A stretch of DNA of 64,000 nucleotides from Takakia lepidozioides (taxonomy: Eukaryota; Plantae; Bryophyta). Below are positions 10,327 to 23,440 of the stretch, in pieces. The stretch spans positions 44,516,001-44,580,000 of the forward strand of contig CM060732.1 in the NCBI GenBank assembly GCA_030704615.1, given 5' to 3'. The notes under the pieces were generated by a model that saw only the letters and a list, made by a program, of their open reading frames with translations, made no database searches and was not told the origin of the DNA. Position numbers and translations under genes: made by a program. How positions within the stretch are numbered: position 1 is the stretch's first letter; each line of letters opens with the position of its first letter.

Positions 10327-13300
10327 TCGTCAGGTGTTGGGGCAAGCAATGGATCTCAATTGCTTGACCTGGATTATTAGCTTGGCTTTGGCTGAGCAAC
10401 GCAGAGTGCGAAGTACACTTCCCTCGATGGTCTCTCTGCCTACCGAGATGCAGTGAGTGGGGGCGAGCATGAGAGGACCACGGGGTGCAGGCATCCATGG
10501 CACACGTGGGAGGTGCTCGAGGTTCAGAGGGAGTTGGCAGCCAGAGCGGCGGTGAAGGATGAGGTTGGGGATTTTTCTCGGGTTGAGGAAGTCCTCGAGG
10601 ATGAGATGATAGGGCATGATGAGGCCTTGTCATTGACTGAGCAGGTAAGGAGGACTGCTCAAGAGGTTGCAACATAGCAACCACTGGACGCGTCCTCTAC
10701 CTCTAAGCCCACTAGACTTAAGGTTGCAGTTACGGAGGACAATTGGGAGCCTGATATTGGACCCATTGTCACCGGAGGAGAGAGACGACATATACGGCGG
10801 TTCCTGAGGGCTTACAGGAATTGTTTTACCTTCAGTTTGAAGGACGTGGGAGCACTGAAGGGTCAAGAGATCCGTATTGAGTTGGCCACTGACACGCCAA
10901 TCTTTCGGAGACCCTATAGATACAGTGACATGGAGAGGTCTTTGATTCAGATGAGGAATCAAGATCTCTGGGAGGCAGGTTTGGTGGAGCTCTCTGGTGG
11001 AGAATATGCTTCAGCCACAGTGATGCCAGCCAAGAAGGATGTCTATGGCAATTGGACGGAGAGACGTATGTGCGGTGATTACTGGCCTGTAAATCGTCAG
11101 ACCAAGTCCGATAAGTATGCCATGCCCACACCGGAGGAGATCTTTGATGCCATTGGGCATGCTAAGGTCTTTAGCACTTTGGATTTACGATCCGGATATC
11201 ACCAGTTGTCAATCAAGGAGGCGGACAAGTAGAAGACGACATTCTGGGGGATCAATGAGCACGGCAAGGATTGCCTATATCAGTGGCGGTTCTTACCATT
11301 TGGGCTTAAGAACGCTCCTGCAGAGTTTCAAAGAGTCATGGATAGGATTCTAGCAGGGGTGGACTTTGCTCGGTGCTACATAGATGACATCATCATCTTT
11401 AGTGCTACGGTAGAGGAGCATGAGAGACACCTTCAAGTGGTATTGGAGCGCTTGAGAGCGCACGGATTGAAGTTGCATCCGGGGAAGTGCAAGTTTTTCC
11501 ACAACCAGATTGAGTATCTGGGTCACATGATATATCCTGGAGGATTGGGGGTATAGCAGACAAAGGTAGAGGCTATTGCACAAATTCCACATCCCACGGA
11601 TGTGAGCCGAGTTCGAGCTTTCATGGGGTGGCAGTGGGAAGATGAGCAGGAACGAGCTTTTCAAGAGCTCAAGGCGAGGTTGACCTCGGCGCCTATCCTG
11701 AGACGACCTATCAGGGGGCGTCCCTTTCAGCTGCATATGGATTGGAGCATGCTGGGGCTTGGAACAGTGCTCACACAGGTGGATGATGAGGGAAGAGAGT
11801 TCGTAGTGGCTTATGCTAGCCGCTCGAACAACGCTGCAGAGGCTAAGTACAACTCATATGAAGGAGAGTGCTTAGCTGCAATGTGGGCCGTGACACACTT
11901 CAGGTGCTATCTATACGACAATCTCTTCACCCTTGTCACGGATCACCAGCCACTCAAGTGGTTGATGGAGTTAGACAAACTTACGGGGAAGCTTACACGG
12001 TGGGCACTCATACTCCAGGAGTATGACTTTCAGGTTGTGCATCGACCGGATTTGGTCAATCGGGATGTGGATGGATTGAGTCACAATCCATGCACGAGCC
12101 AGCATGATGACACTAGAGCTCGGTGGCATGGTGAGACGGACGAGGAGATGGTGCCGGGATGGCATGCATTTGTCTTTTTGTGTATCTTGGCATCGGGAGG
12201 TCAGGTTGGACCTACAACAGGGATGACTGTAAACGGAGTGTCTGAGGACCCTGAGGCTAGTGATGAGCCAGGTGGTACCCGAGATATACATGAGGATTCG
12301 GCTGTGTTGGACTACCTCCATACTGGAGACACGGCAGCCACTATGACTGCCAAGGAGAGGGATCGGATCCTGCAACGAGCCAAGAGGTTCAAGTGGGAGG
12401 GGATACAGCTGCTCCGAGTATGGGAGGATGGACGGGTGAGGATTGTGCCTCACCCCACACAGCGTGCACGGTTAGTGCGGCATGCCCATGAGGAGTTGGG
12501 GCATTTTGGAGTGCGACGCACTCACAGTTTACTGCAGGGGCAGTATTGGTGGCGTGGTATACATACAGAGGTGCAACAGTTCGTGGCTAGGTGCATGGTG
12601 TGTGACAGGGTGCATGCTTCATTCAACGCCCCTACACCACAGTTGCATCCTTTACCAATCATGGGATTAGGCTACAGGTGGAGTCTTGACTTCGCAGGAC
12701 CGTTGCCACTGACTATGCGCCACCACATATATGTGTTGGTGATGGTGGAGCACTTCTCCAAGTGGATTGAGTTGGTTCCATTGCCTGACAAGGCTAGTGA
12801 GGGGGCTGCGTATGCATTCTTGGATCGTGTGCTTAGCCGATTTGGTGCTCCAGCTGAGGTACTCACGGACCAAGGGAGAGATTTCTTGGGGGAGTTTCAG
12901 GCTTTGTGTGATAAAGCCTTGATAGACCACCGCACCACTTCTCGGGATCATCCTGAGGCCGATGGCTTGGCAGAGAGAGTTGTTCAGACGGTGAAGAGGG
13001 GTTTGCGCAAGTATGGCTTGCAGAAGGGACACCTAGGAGATTGAGATCTTCAGGTGCCTTGGTTAACCATGGGCTACAGGTTCAGTAAACAAGCATCACT
13101 TGCCTCCTTCTCACCATATTTCCTTCTCTTTGGCCGAGAGCCGGATTTGCCTGCAGCCATTCGTAGGGACACTGCTCAAGTCCTTAACCTTGACGATCCG
13201 GACGTGTGGGTACATGCATGTGATCAATGTGCAGAGTTGTTCAAGAAAGTCATGCCCATGGTTTTGAGAACCTTGCCATTGCACAACACCGTGATACGTT

Positions 13301-13727
13301 GAAGTATGCCAGTATACGTGGTGGAGGATATCGTCCTGGGGTTCGGAGGTTTAGCCCTGATGACTATGTTTATTTGCAGCAGACTACTCCTACGACTCTG
13401 GATGTTACTGCAGGGCGTGTTATTCTGAGGGTTCGAGAGGTGTTGCCCTCAGGGGTCCTGATCTTGGAGGGTCGGGATGGCATGATTTGGAAGGACCATG
13501 TGCGTAATTGTGCGTCATGTCACCTTCCCAATGTCGATGGCAGAGTTGACCCAGACTTGGCAGTGGTACCTTCAGGTTTGAGGTGCATGCTCTGTGGGTC
13601 TGCCAAAGGGGCAGCCACCATGCTGGTGTGTGATCGATGCTCAAGGGGTTGGTATATGGGATGCTTGACACCACCTCTTGAGAAGGTTCCTGACAGAGAT
13701 TGGTTGTGTTCACACTACTTGGGATAG
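10327..13727 (+). pseudogene. pol: pol of element copy 1: DNMT motif X remnant, RT, RNase H, DDE integrase, PHD finger
   Basis: RQVLGQAMDL; LDLRSGYHQ, PFGLKNAP, YIDDI; VVAYASRS..EGECLA..TDHQPL; HAHEELGHFG..CMVC, LDFAGP, TDQG, GLAER; C-terminal CMLC..CDRC..GWYMGC..WLCSHY. Several stops and an in-frame 28-aa deletion at about 11628. Confidence 0.92.
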
Positions 13728-13983
13728 TGGCAGTGGACATGACTGGAGGCAGCTAACAAGACATGGGAGGCCAAGCTCATAGGAGTCAATACATGAGATC
13801 CCAAGCTCAAGTTCACAGGTTGCAAGACGGCGACTAACGATGGGGCAACTCTTGCACCCGGCCTCTTGATCTATCGAGTTTGAGTGTAGTAGGGATAGTG
13901 GTAGAGGACTTAGTGAGGCTATGGTCACTATCACATCTTGTGGCTACCTGGACTTAGAGATCTAAGCACCAGCTAGGGGGGCG

Positions 13984-14669
13984 ATTGTGTGGACTAGTGA
14001 CTGCCATAGTGGGCAGCATAGTGGCAGCCTAGTGACTGACTAGTTGTAGCCTAGTGGTTGGACTAGTGGCTGGGCTAGTGGTGGACTAGTGATATACTAG
14101 TGTGTGGCGTGCACATGTGTTGTGTGGTTTTGGACAACAATGTAGTTGTGTAGCGATATGTATGCGCACGACAACTGTCAAGTTATTTTACTACTAGTGT
14201 GAAACTAGCTAGGAAATAGCTAGCTTTTACATATTGACATTTGGGATTGGCCCAAGTGTCAATCCAGGGGTCAATGCAAATTTAGGCCCTGGAGTGGTTA
14301 TCTTCACGGCAAGCGCATGAGGCTCATCTTTCTCGAGTTGAGCCTCACCGCGCCTAGCTATGACGCCGTAATGTGGATTCCCCATGGCGTGGGGTGCACT
14401 TGGCTTGACTTGTATTTGAGTGACGAGGTTATATATGCATGAGTTTATGCTTCAGCTTTGTGAGCTCGTGCTTGTATTCTTCTTCTTTATATTGTGTGGC
14501 CTAGTGACTGCCATAGTGGGCAGCATAGTGGCAGCCTAGTGACTGACTAGTTGTAGCCTAGTGGTTGGACTAGTGGCTGGACTAGTGGTACACTAGTGTG
14601 TGGCGTGCACATGTGTTGTGTGGTTTTGGACAGCGATGTAGTTGTGTAGCGATATGTATGCGCACGACA
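13984..14669 (+). repeat. 3' repeat block A1 (13984-14173) - ac - B2 (14176-14491) - A2 (14491-14669)
   Basis: A1 and A2 are direct repeats ending gcgcacgaca; B2 repeats 3394-3709. Confidence 0.95.
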
Positions 14670-15556
14670 GACTCTTTCGTAAAGCAAAACGTTAAACTTG
14701 TATGCACTTCAATACCTACCTGGGAAATGTTTTGCAAGAGAAACTAAAGTGGTTTTAAGCAGAGGACCTTAACAACTTGAGGTTGGATTGGATTGGAGGC
14801 ATCAGAAGACAAATAAAAATGGAGGTTGATGATACAAAAGAATAGAGAATAAGTACTTACCAATCCACCCATCGTCTCACGAACAACCTTGTTGTTCTTT
14901 GGCACTGTGAGAGGCTGCTTATTGATCACTGTCCAATGACGCACAAACCTTTGTAAACATCGGAGCAGTAGTGGTTGAAGTAGTCTAAGTAGCCTTTACG
15001 ACCTCTCGGGTCAGGTCCACCCCTTTCTTTGTAAGCACAACAAGACATATGTCGTCTTGCAAAATATGTTTTGCCAACCTCATGGCATCAGAAACACTTT
15101 GGCGCTTGTTCCAATGATGGCACATCATCCCACATAAATTGACAGGAAGTCCGTCACCAAGCTCAATTATAGCCATATCCGCAGTACCCGACACCATCTG
15201 CCCCCTGCGAATCAATGTTCTTCCTTCACAAATTTTGTTCATGAAATCCTCCATCTTGAGAAAATCTGCAGGGTATATTGCATTTGGGTCGGTTTTTTTC
15301 TCCGTGACCCTCTGAAGAACGACCTTGACAAAATCCACATTCATAACCTCAATACAGACCTTTGGTAAGATGCTATCAATCGATACTGCCTAAAAAACAA
15401 GATGTTCTATCTCGGGAAATGGGGCCCGTTTTCTGCTTACAATGTTCTTCTTTGTCCATAGGAGTTGTCTCTGAATCGGCGGACTCATCCTCCGTTGATT
15501 GTTCATTGTTGTTTCTTACTCTTTCACTTTTCCGCCTCCGTTTGACCACACCCCCT

Positions 15557-17074
15557 CACTACGCCAAATAATGGTTTTTATGACACATTATATCTTAAAT
15601 CATGGATTTCATAATCAAAACCATGATTCAAAGAAGCATTGACCATTAAACGTTATACATATGACTCTGCCAATTTGAAAAGTCACGACCATGACTTAAA
15701 AAATGTAGTGTATTCATGGATGAAGACACGATATTTCGCACTGCGCCATGTGGTGAGATACTATTCATCAAGTTTTATTTATTTATTTGTATTTATTTTA
15801 TTTAAATTCAAAATATTAAAAAAAAATCATGCAAACTGTGCCACGGCACCGCGCCGTGCCACGTGATGAGAGGCAATTCATCATTTTTTAAATAATTATT
15901 ATTTTCATAAATTTTTAAATTCAAAAATATAAAAAATCATGCACGCGATGTCGTGCTACGCCGTGTTGGACCATGTAACAAATTCTTAAGTCTGTTGATG
16001 TATATTGTATGTATGTTGTTCTATATATACAATAAAAGTGTATTCTATATACATAGATTGCTAATGGCTTTATTGGTCAGTGTGCAATGAAATATAGGTG
16101 TGATATTGAAGTGGGCAAGGGTTCAAACTCCGCATATAGTTAGATAAATAACTACCTATAAGCATCATAGCATAAGTGAAAGGTAACAAGGAAGCAAGTC
16201 CTCCCATCTTACGCATATCTTGCTCATCCGACATGGCATGAATCACTGAACTTGCACTCAAAAGGAGTAATGCTTTAAAAAAAGCATGATTCATTAAGTG
16301 AAATACGCTAACATAATAGTTAGAAATGTCGCGAGCCTTATGTATCGTAATAGTAAATGCATGGCGAAGTATGCGGATAGTTATATACATAACTATCTTT
16401 CGCCCGCATTATGAAGCCCATAAATCATTCTTTGACTCGTGAATTCGCACAAAGCAGATTCATCATGTATGATAATTAATGACCATATTTTTTATACACT
16501 CTATTCTTGTGCCCCGGAGAGACTTTCATCACCGAAGGCTCCAACAAGAGCTTAAACGGCTTTGAGTAGTTTCCGTAGAGAACAATTCTTTAATTAGCTA
16601 TGTAAATGAGCGCTATTCACTTTTGCTTTTTGACCAATTGAATATATATATATATATATCTCTCTTTTCTCGATTCTTGGTAAAAATTGGAAAGATCGGT
16701 ACGATATAAATTATTAATATGCGGGGGAGGGCCTAGATGGTTGACACGTGCTGCAATGATTATTATTTAAAAAAAAATTGAAGTGCCCCATGGCGCGGCG
16801 CGGACAATTATATGGTAGAATTTTATTAATTTTTTTAAAAGTAAAAAAATATGATAGCTGTTTTAAAAAAAATTAATGAATTGTGCCTCGCCGCGCCACG
16901 AGGCGTGGTTCTGAGCACAATTTAAATATTTATATATGTTATACTTATAATACTAATATATTTTTGAGTCATATCCGTGACTAAGCACATGACTTTGATA
17001 AAGGGTCATGGTATAGACACGGTTTTCATGACACTTGCCCAAAAGAGTCATGAAAACCATTATTTGGCATAGTG
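15557..17074. mobile_element. Non-autonomous CACTA (En/Spm) DNA transposon carrying mitochondrial DNA
   Basis: TIRs CACTACGCCAAATAATGGTTTT / AAAACCATTATTTGGCATAGTG, 3-bp TSD CCT on both sides, subterminal catga/ggtcatg repeats, no transposase. Confidence 0.9.
16150..16335 (-). pseudogene. nad5: Mitochondrial NADH dehydrogenase subunit 5 fragment (NUMT)
   Basis: [54 protein letters not shown] is the conserved core of plant mitochondrial Nad5. Confidence 0.92.
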
Positions 17075-19261
17075 CCTCCATTTTCGGCAATGTCATCCTC
17101 ATTCAAGTCCATCCATGCATTCTTGGAAGGGGCCGACCACTCTCGTCCTCTTGGTCGGATCACCCTTCTCCTTCCCTTCTCTTTCCCACAATCTCCTCAA
17201 TGCCCTGGCTACGTTTTGCCTTTTCATTTCCTTCTCTTCATCGTCCGATAGATTATAACTTTGTTCAAGTTCTTTGCCCTCAATTCTAGCAATGTCTTCT
17301 CCAGGTCTTTTTCACAGTCGCACGCACTGATCCATGAGGTAAGTCCAGCCACCAAGGGCATAACAGCCGCGTCGTCGTCCTAGTACTTCTTGGTGTAAGT
17401 TGGAAGAAACATACTGATATCCTCATCTTTGGACACCCATCCCACTGCATATTTGGGACCTCCGGCCGGAGCTCAAGATGTTTTCCAAAACTATACCACC
17501 TCCACGTATAACACATAACCAGTACTTTGTAAGCCACCACTAATACACCCTCAAAGGTTGGTCGTAAGTGGAGCTAACTATAACTATATTCAGACACATA
17601 AGAAATGACAGTGTAGGATATCATAACAAAATAAAATTCCAGAAATTCCTTATGCCAAAAGGATTAGCATTTCGCATTGAGAAAATGAATGTCTGGGGTT
17701 TCGCATGGAGAAAATGACCCTCGGAGGGAGAAAAGAAAAAAGTTTCTAATTTATTCGCCAACCGGTCAATGATATATCAAATCTTTCTTACCCCCTCTTG
17801 CAGATGGAAATGCGATGACACTGAAATGAGGTTTGATGGGATGACACGGGAATGTCACTCCACTAGGTGTAACTTCCACTTGGAGTTACATCTAATCTTG
17901 AAATTAACTAAGTGCAAATTTGGCTAAGTATAAAAATTATGAAGAGTTACACAAGATAAGGGTGACACAAACCATAGAAGTTGAGAGTGACACTACCACC
18001 AAAAATCAAACGTACACCTCCATTCACCTCCATTCACCTTATGGGCTACTCACCATTGCTTGCATTCTAAAGTATCTAAAACGAAGTGGGGAGGATTTGA
18101 TAGGGGATCCGCCAGAAGTGCCCACGCGGCATAAAACTGGCGAACGTACCATAAGATTGCATGTTTTGATTAAGTTGTCGTGCACCTAAGCAACGTGCCA
18201 CAACATACATCGCTGTCCACCACACAATCTAAGCATACAATCCTAGAAAGCTATGCCACAATGTGATAAGAGATGAGAAATGAGAGAAGTGGAAGACAAT
18301 GAAAGCTCTCAAAACATGAAGCAATCACACTAAGAACAAGCCCTAGTCCTTCCAAGTGAAATTCACTCTATCACATAAACTAAGTCAAGCCAAGGGCACC
18401 CTTGCTAAGGGAATCCACCCTACAAAGCCCTCAACACACTCCCTCTCAATACCTAGAGCTATGGAGGTGAGAGAGGCTCATGGAGGCTCAACTACAAGAA
18501 GATGAGCCCTCCTCAACACTCACAGGGGGAAAACCCCTTTCCCATGTCCCAAGTGAGGCTTGACACCTTACTTGGCATATGAGACCAAATGAAGTCCCAA
18601 CACACAAAATACAAATATAAATATCCAAAATGTCCTAGTTAACTAGAAGTAGGTAATTCTAGTTAACCATGACTAAAACCATGACAAAGTTATTAAAATT
18701 TTCATATTGTTTTCCACATAAAATAGTTTTCCAATCAAAATGAAATAAAATGTTGAAGTTTTTATAAAATTTGAACATTATTTCTAGAACTCGTCACTAG
18801 TAATGGGGGGCAAACGTGCAGCCCTAATAAATTAGAATGCAAAAGGTTGTTAAACAGCGATAAGTAGTATACTCGTAAGGTGACGGTAATATAGACAGTT
18901 CGGAGTTGGGTTTGATCCCCCATGGGTGGCTAGTGTAACCCGGCTAATGTAATTCCGGTACGTGTAATCCCGATTGGTATAACTCTAGGTAGTGCGTTTT
19001 GTGTTACTCCTCATATTGTATTTTAAACTTAGCCAAATTTCGAGACCAAGTGTGGGACGTTACACTGAATAGAGTTATATTCCTTCCATGTAACCCCAAG
19101 TGGAGTTACACTCCCTCCCATATAACCTTGTATCACTTGGACTGGAGTTACACTCCCTTCAATTCCATATCACTCGCGAGAAAGTTTGGGAAAGATTTGA
19201 CATGTCGGAACCCACGTACCATCATGTCAGAGATTTGCATTTGCGCACTAAGTTCTTATAT

Positions 19262-19434
19262 ATATATATATATATATATTGACGCCTCGAGAAGGAAGCG
19301 TAAAATTATGGTGTCTCTTCACCCTGAAGGGTTACTGCCTTCCGCTAGGAAGGTGGACACCTTTGTGATACCAAGGGTGGATTGAACCCACAACCACTTC
19401 CGAGGTGGTATGTGTCCATTACCACTGGGCTACA
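19262..19434 (-). mobile_element. tRNA-type SINE
   Basis: Minus strand has Pol III A box TAGCCCAGTGG, B box GGTTCAATCC and an (AT)n tail. 15-bp TSD actaagttcttatat at 19247-19261 and 19435-19449. Confidence 0.85.
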
Positions 19435-22400
19435 ACTAAGTTCTTATATTCTCCTTAGTGTTCTTCACCAAAAAATACCTTCAGTTGGGTGGAGCATTGA
19501 GTTCATCCTCATAACATTTTGACTCCCGAAGGGTATTGAGTAGATTGCCCAAAATATTAAAGGACTTCCTTCGTTCCTTAGAATCTCCATGCCCTCTATA
19601 AGACTCTTTAAATAGCCTCATCAAAAAAGGTATTTTGGTACAATGGATGTTATTTACACGTATCTATTTTTTGAGATATTATTTTCCAAAATATTGGACA
19701 AGCTATAGTAGGTCATCCATAATGGAATGGCCCGGTTTATGTAAGGTTCAAAATACACATATATGTCAAAAATTAATTATGATCCAACCTTGTATACACA
19801 CATATTAATGGTGTTTCATCTTGCATCATCCATGTCCAATGGTGGTTTGTAATGATACATGCTTGTTTTCATCCAACTTAAAAGTCATTATCATGTTTAA
19901 ACAAACAAGCTTTCTAATTTCTCTGGTAAGTATGTGCACAGTAACATTTCGTAAAGGATTTTGGGGGCAGATTATGCCTTTTTTGAGGCAAATTAGGAAG
20001 CAGAAGATTGTAGCTCCACATTGTTGGTGCATTATGCATTCTTAGCAGTTGAGAGCAGCTTGCTCGCCGCACAGCCGCCTTCTGATTGGCCTTGAGGAGG
20101 CCGGCTATGACGCGGTAGCGTGGCTCCGTATACATACGGAGCCTCCACCACCCCGACCACCTCCCGTAGACCCCATCTGCTTAAGTATCCTGCGCGATGT
20201 CTAGACTACGGGCAATCGATATGGGACAATGTAGGACCAATGCGATTATGATTTACGACCTACCTCTTGTTACTTATACCTACCTTCTAGGTGGTATTAG
20301 AACGAGATACCTTGCAGGTGAATGGTCCACGGCAGCTATCATGCGGCCTAGTGTTGGGCAATCTTAAAACTAGTGCAAATGAATGGTAAGAAACCCTAAA
20401 AGTTTATCAGGTAGGTTGAAAGTGGGTAGTCGGTAGCGGCTTGCAAGCTGCCCCTACTGCTACGTCAGATAGTGCATGCGTGTCGCCCTGCTACCGTTAA
20501 TAGTAGGGGCTCCGTATATACCTCGCCGCTGCCGCGGCTCAGGGCTCCTCATAGCCACTATCTAGTCCATAATCCGCAGTTTGACTCTCATATTCGGCTG
20601 TTTGACTTTTAGCATCTCATTGTGGCCCGCAGCCAATCACAGGAATCTGCCCCCGAAATTCCTTTAAGCCATGGAACTTGGGTGTTTTCCTTCATAAATA
20701 TTAAAAACTTGGGTGAGAATAAAAGAAAAAAAACTAGGATTATTATGATAAGCTACTAGACCCACTTGCATCCTAGGTGACAGAAATAACCAATGTCTTC
20801 TATTCATTTGAGGATGGTTTAGGTTCCAGCTTTACTTTTTTTAAGGGGGCCTGCTTGCAAGTGAGATGGCGGCAGAAGAAACCGTGTAGAGTTTAGCCCT
20901 TACCCTCTTTATATAGTCTCTCAAGGCTGTGGTGGAGCCTTCTAGAAGGGGAAGGGGCCACCGCCTCGTCCTTCTCGATCTATTGAGCAGGACCACCATC
21001 CTACTTCTATGCTACCCTCTACAGCCCTCCTCGTATTTCACCCATTCCAACAGGCCTGCCCTCCATCCCCATTGGCTGGTCCAATCTTCTCCTTTTTTTC
21101 AGGAACAGCCCCCCCAGGATTTGGTACCCTTAGAGCAGCCTTCCATGTACCCGGCCCATTGTTTGAGGGAGAAAACGGACAAAAAAGGCCGGTACACTTC
21201 TCACTTCCATGCATGGGGTGGCGGGCCCTGTCGCCGACTTCCCCTGTCGGTGCGCAGCCCGATAAAATGGGAAGAGATAAAATGGGAAGAGAGCTCGGTG
21301 GACGACCCCCCGAATTGAATGCAGTCTCCACTTACCTGCCACGTCGTGCTAAAGTCACGCTTACCTGCAGTACCCTCTATCACGTCACACTAAAATCCAA
21401 AATGATTACTCGGCCGCCGAGCTCCACATGACATTGGAAATGCTCAAGGGAACCCGGCCATTTGTTTTTAGCACCCGGGGTGAACTCCTTTTTTTGCGGG
21501 CCGGGCACCTCCCACATGGAAGGAAGCCCTCATTTATTTACAAAACAGAGGGTTGCAGGGGATAGACAATAGACCGGATGACATGGGACCCAGTTTCCAT
21601 TGGATCTTTGCACACACCATCAAAACGACCCGTGCAAGTTTTATCAACCGCCATTCTTCTGTGGGCGGATATGGAGACGCTTTCAATTTACTCAATTCCA
21701 GTATGTCGCAGAGGAGTCTATTGGGTACCAACTATGGACCATGATACATAAAACCCTATTCAACACCTTGGTGGCAACAATTTTCTATAGTAGTGATGGG
21801 AAATGACCATGAGATATGTCACCAACCTCATGATCATACTGCGAATCTGTTGATGATAACATGTCTGTTTTGAGTGATCTGGAAACTCCCAAGGTGAGGA
21901 CAGCAGAGACGGCTGACAAGGATAACACTCATAAGAGGAAGTGCTCCTTAGGGCATGCATTTCTCTGAATTCTCTGCACTTCTCTGAATCTCTTATTGCA
22001 TAACTCCCTCAGACCTAAACCAGGTTTTAGAAGGAAACTAAAACTATCCAGAAATCCGATGCATTCTGTTTCCTGGGTGAAAGATGGCTCAACACTGAGC
22101 ACCAAAGAGGTTTCAGCCATTGGAACAGCAGCTTCACCCGCGAGTACACTCAAAGTGTCAAATTGGTGTTTTGACTCGCACACATCATGAGTTAACGGCA
22201 AGTAAAGAGGTTTGTGTACTTGTGGAATTGTGCAAAAACCACGTAGACTAGGAAGCTGCCTATATCGGGTAAATCTGTCTTGTCATGTGCCCGTTGAAGC
22301 GTTTAGAGGGGCTCGACAACTGTCAATCTGTTGTGGTGCCATTATCTGCCTGCCAATTTACAGTTCTTTGCTGGTCGACCTCAACTACAGTCGTCTACAT

Positions 22401-23440
22401 CTACTATAATTGAGCTATAGTTTAGGGCCTCAACTATTGTGTCCCTCCATACTCATCCAAATCTGACAACAAGGCCACATACATACCTTATTCAATAATA
22501 ATCTTTACGATCCTAGGACCTTGGGATTAGAAACAACTAGACAAGCGAGGGCTGATACTTTCCAACAAGACTCATACCCGAGACCCCTGACATTGAAAGA
22601 ACCAGACAAAACTGCATTACAGGCAAACCAGGACATAACTACTCCACAATGCAAGGCAAGCTAGTCTGGCGGATACTTCCAGACACCACACGTATCTGGA
22701 CAACACACAGTTTCCTAAGACACCTCAGCTAAGGCAACGGTTCACCCCATTTGAACCCTACAATGACATGGCTGCCCATAGGTAGAAGTAAAATTGACAT
22801 TTACCAACAACAGATAACAGATTTTCAGAAAGTTGACTGTTACACACAAGTTATCCTCACCCCTGTGCACTAATTGTCTGCACTTGGGAAGTGTGGAAAT
22901 TTCCAACCACTTTGGCCATGCTTTCCAGAAGAACATGACAGCAGGGTCCTTTACTAGAGAGACTACGCCACACGTCTCACTAATTGCATACAAAACAGTA
23001 TATTTCAAAAAACCATAGTACACCAGTCAAAGACCGTATATACAGAGGGAAGCTACAAGGTTTCCTGGGTTTGCCGGTGAATACTTTGCAGTCACTATGA
23101 GACTAACTGCCTTATGCCTCTCTCAGCAGATGCTGTGTGGCTTGTTGTATCGAAAGAGCCTCCAGTTTCCATCTTAAGAAACTAACCTACCCACAAAGTC
23201 TAATTGAGTTCTGTCACCTCCCAGATCTCAATATCAAAGAGATGTCTTCCCACTGGAGGCATGCTAAACTTCGCGGCCAAGTTAAATGTCAAATGTTCGT
23301 TGGACCAAAGTCAGTGGGCTCCATCCACAGCGCTGCAGTGTCCAGACATTTGCTACACAGACATAACTTATTCGTGTTGACAGGTGAAGATAGAGCGCAT
23401 ACCAGCAAAAGGAGAGACTTTCATGGCTCATATACCTATA

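Larger units (their letters stand above)
3394..14669 (+). mobile_element. Ty3/Gypsy retrotransposon of the DNMT+PHD family with permuted terminal repeats (copy 1; gag, protease and most of DNMT replaced by unrelated DNA)
   Basis: Starts TGTCAAG (3394) and ends GCACGACA (14669). Flanked by GACC/GACT (4-bp TSD, one transition). Host gene sequence continues across it. pol at 10327-13727 is closely similar to copy 2 (49029-61127). PPT aggggggcg at 13975-13983. Confidence 0.9.
2703..17540 (-). pseudogene. Decayed intron-containing beta-class amino-methyltransferase-like gene (copy 2), split by the Gypsy element at 3394-14669 and the CACTA element at 15557-17074
   Basis: Minus-strand pieces align in order with copy 1: CPWWLDLP (about 17350) vs CGWYLDCLP; ADMAIIELGDG..HWNK..HILQDDICLVVL (14985-15344) vs ADIVILDIPDG..GWNK..NFLSDVGTLLL; MRHWTVINKQPL vs LRTWNCVNSLYL; SKEKSPNFMQILMEICS..VFDFTVGT (3025-3120) vs AKEKSPAFMQILLESCS..VVDLSVSTG; GASMVAARKADKNLCTLE (2703-2940). 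Stops and frameshifts present. Confidence 0.7.

Noticed and set aside
13984-14669. A-B-A block as a solo-LTR insertion or tandem element
   Set aside because: No TSD around the internal B, the same layout occurs in a diverged second copy, and TSDs flank the outer ends only.
18262-18718. Solo LTR (TG..CA, LTR-like composition)
   Set aside because: No matching TSD or partner in the window; boundaries unsupported.
20860-21500. LTR promoter fragment similar in reverse to 44125-44175
   Set aside because: Only a short similarity around a TATA box; cannot delimit an element.
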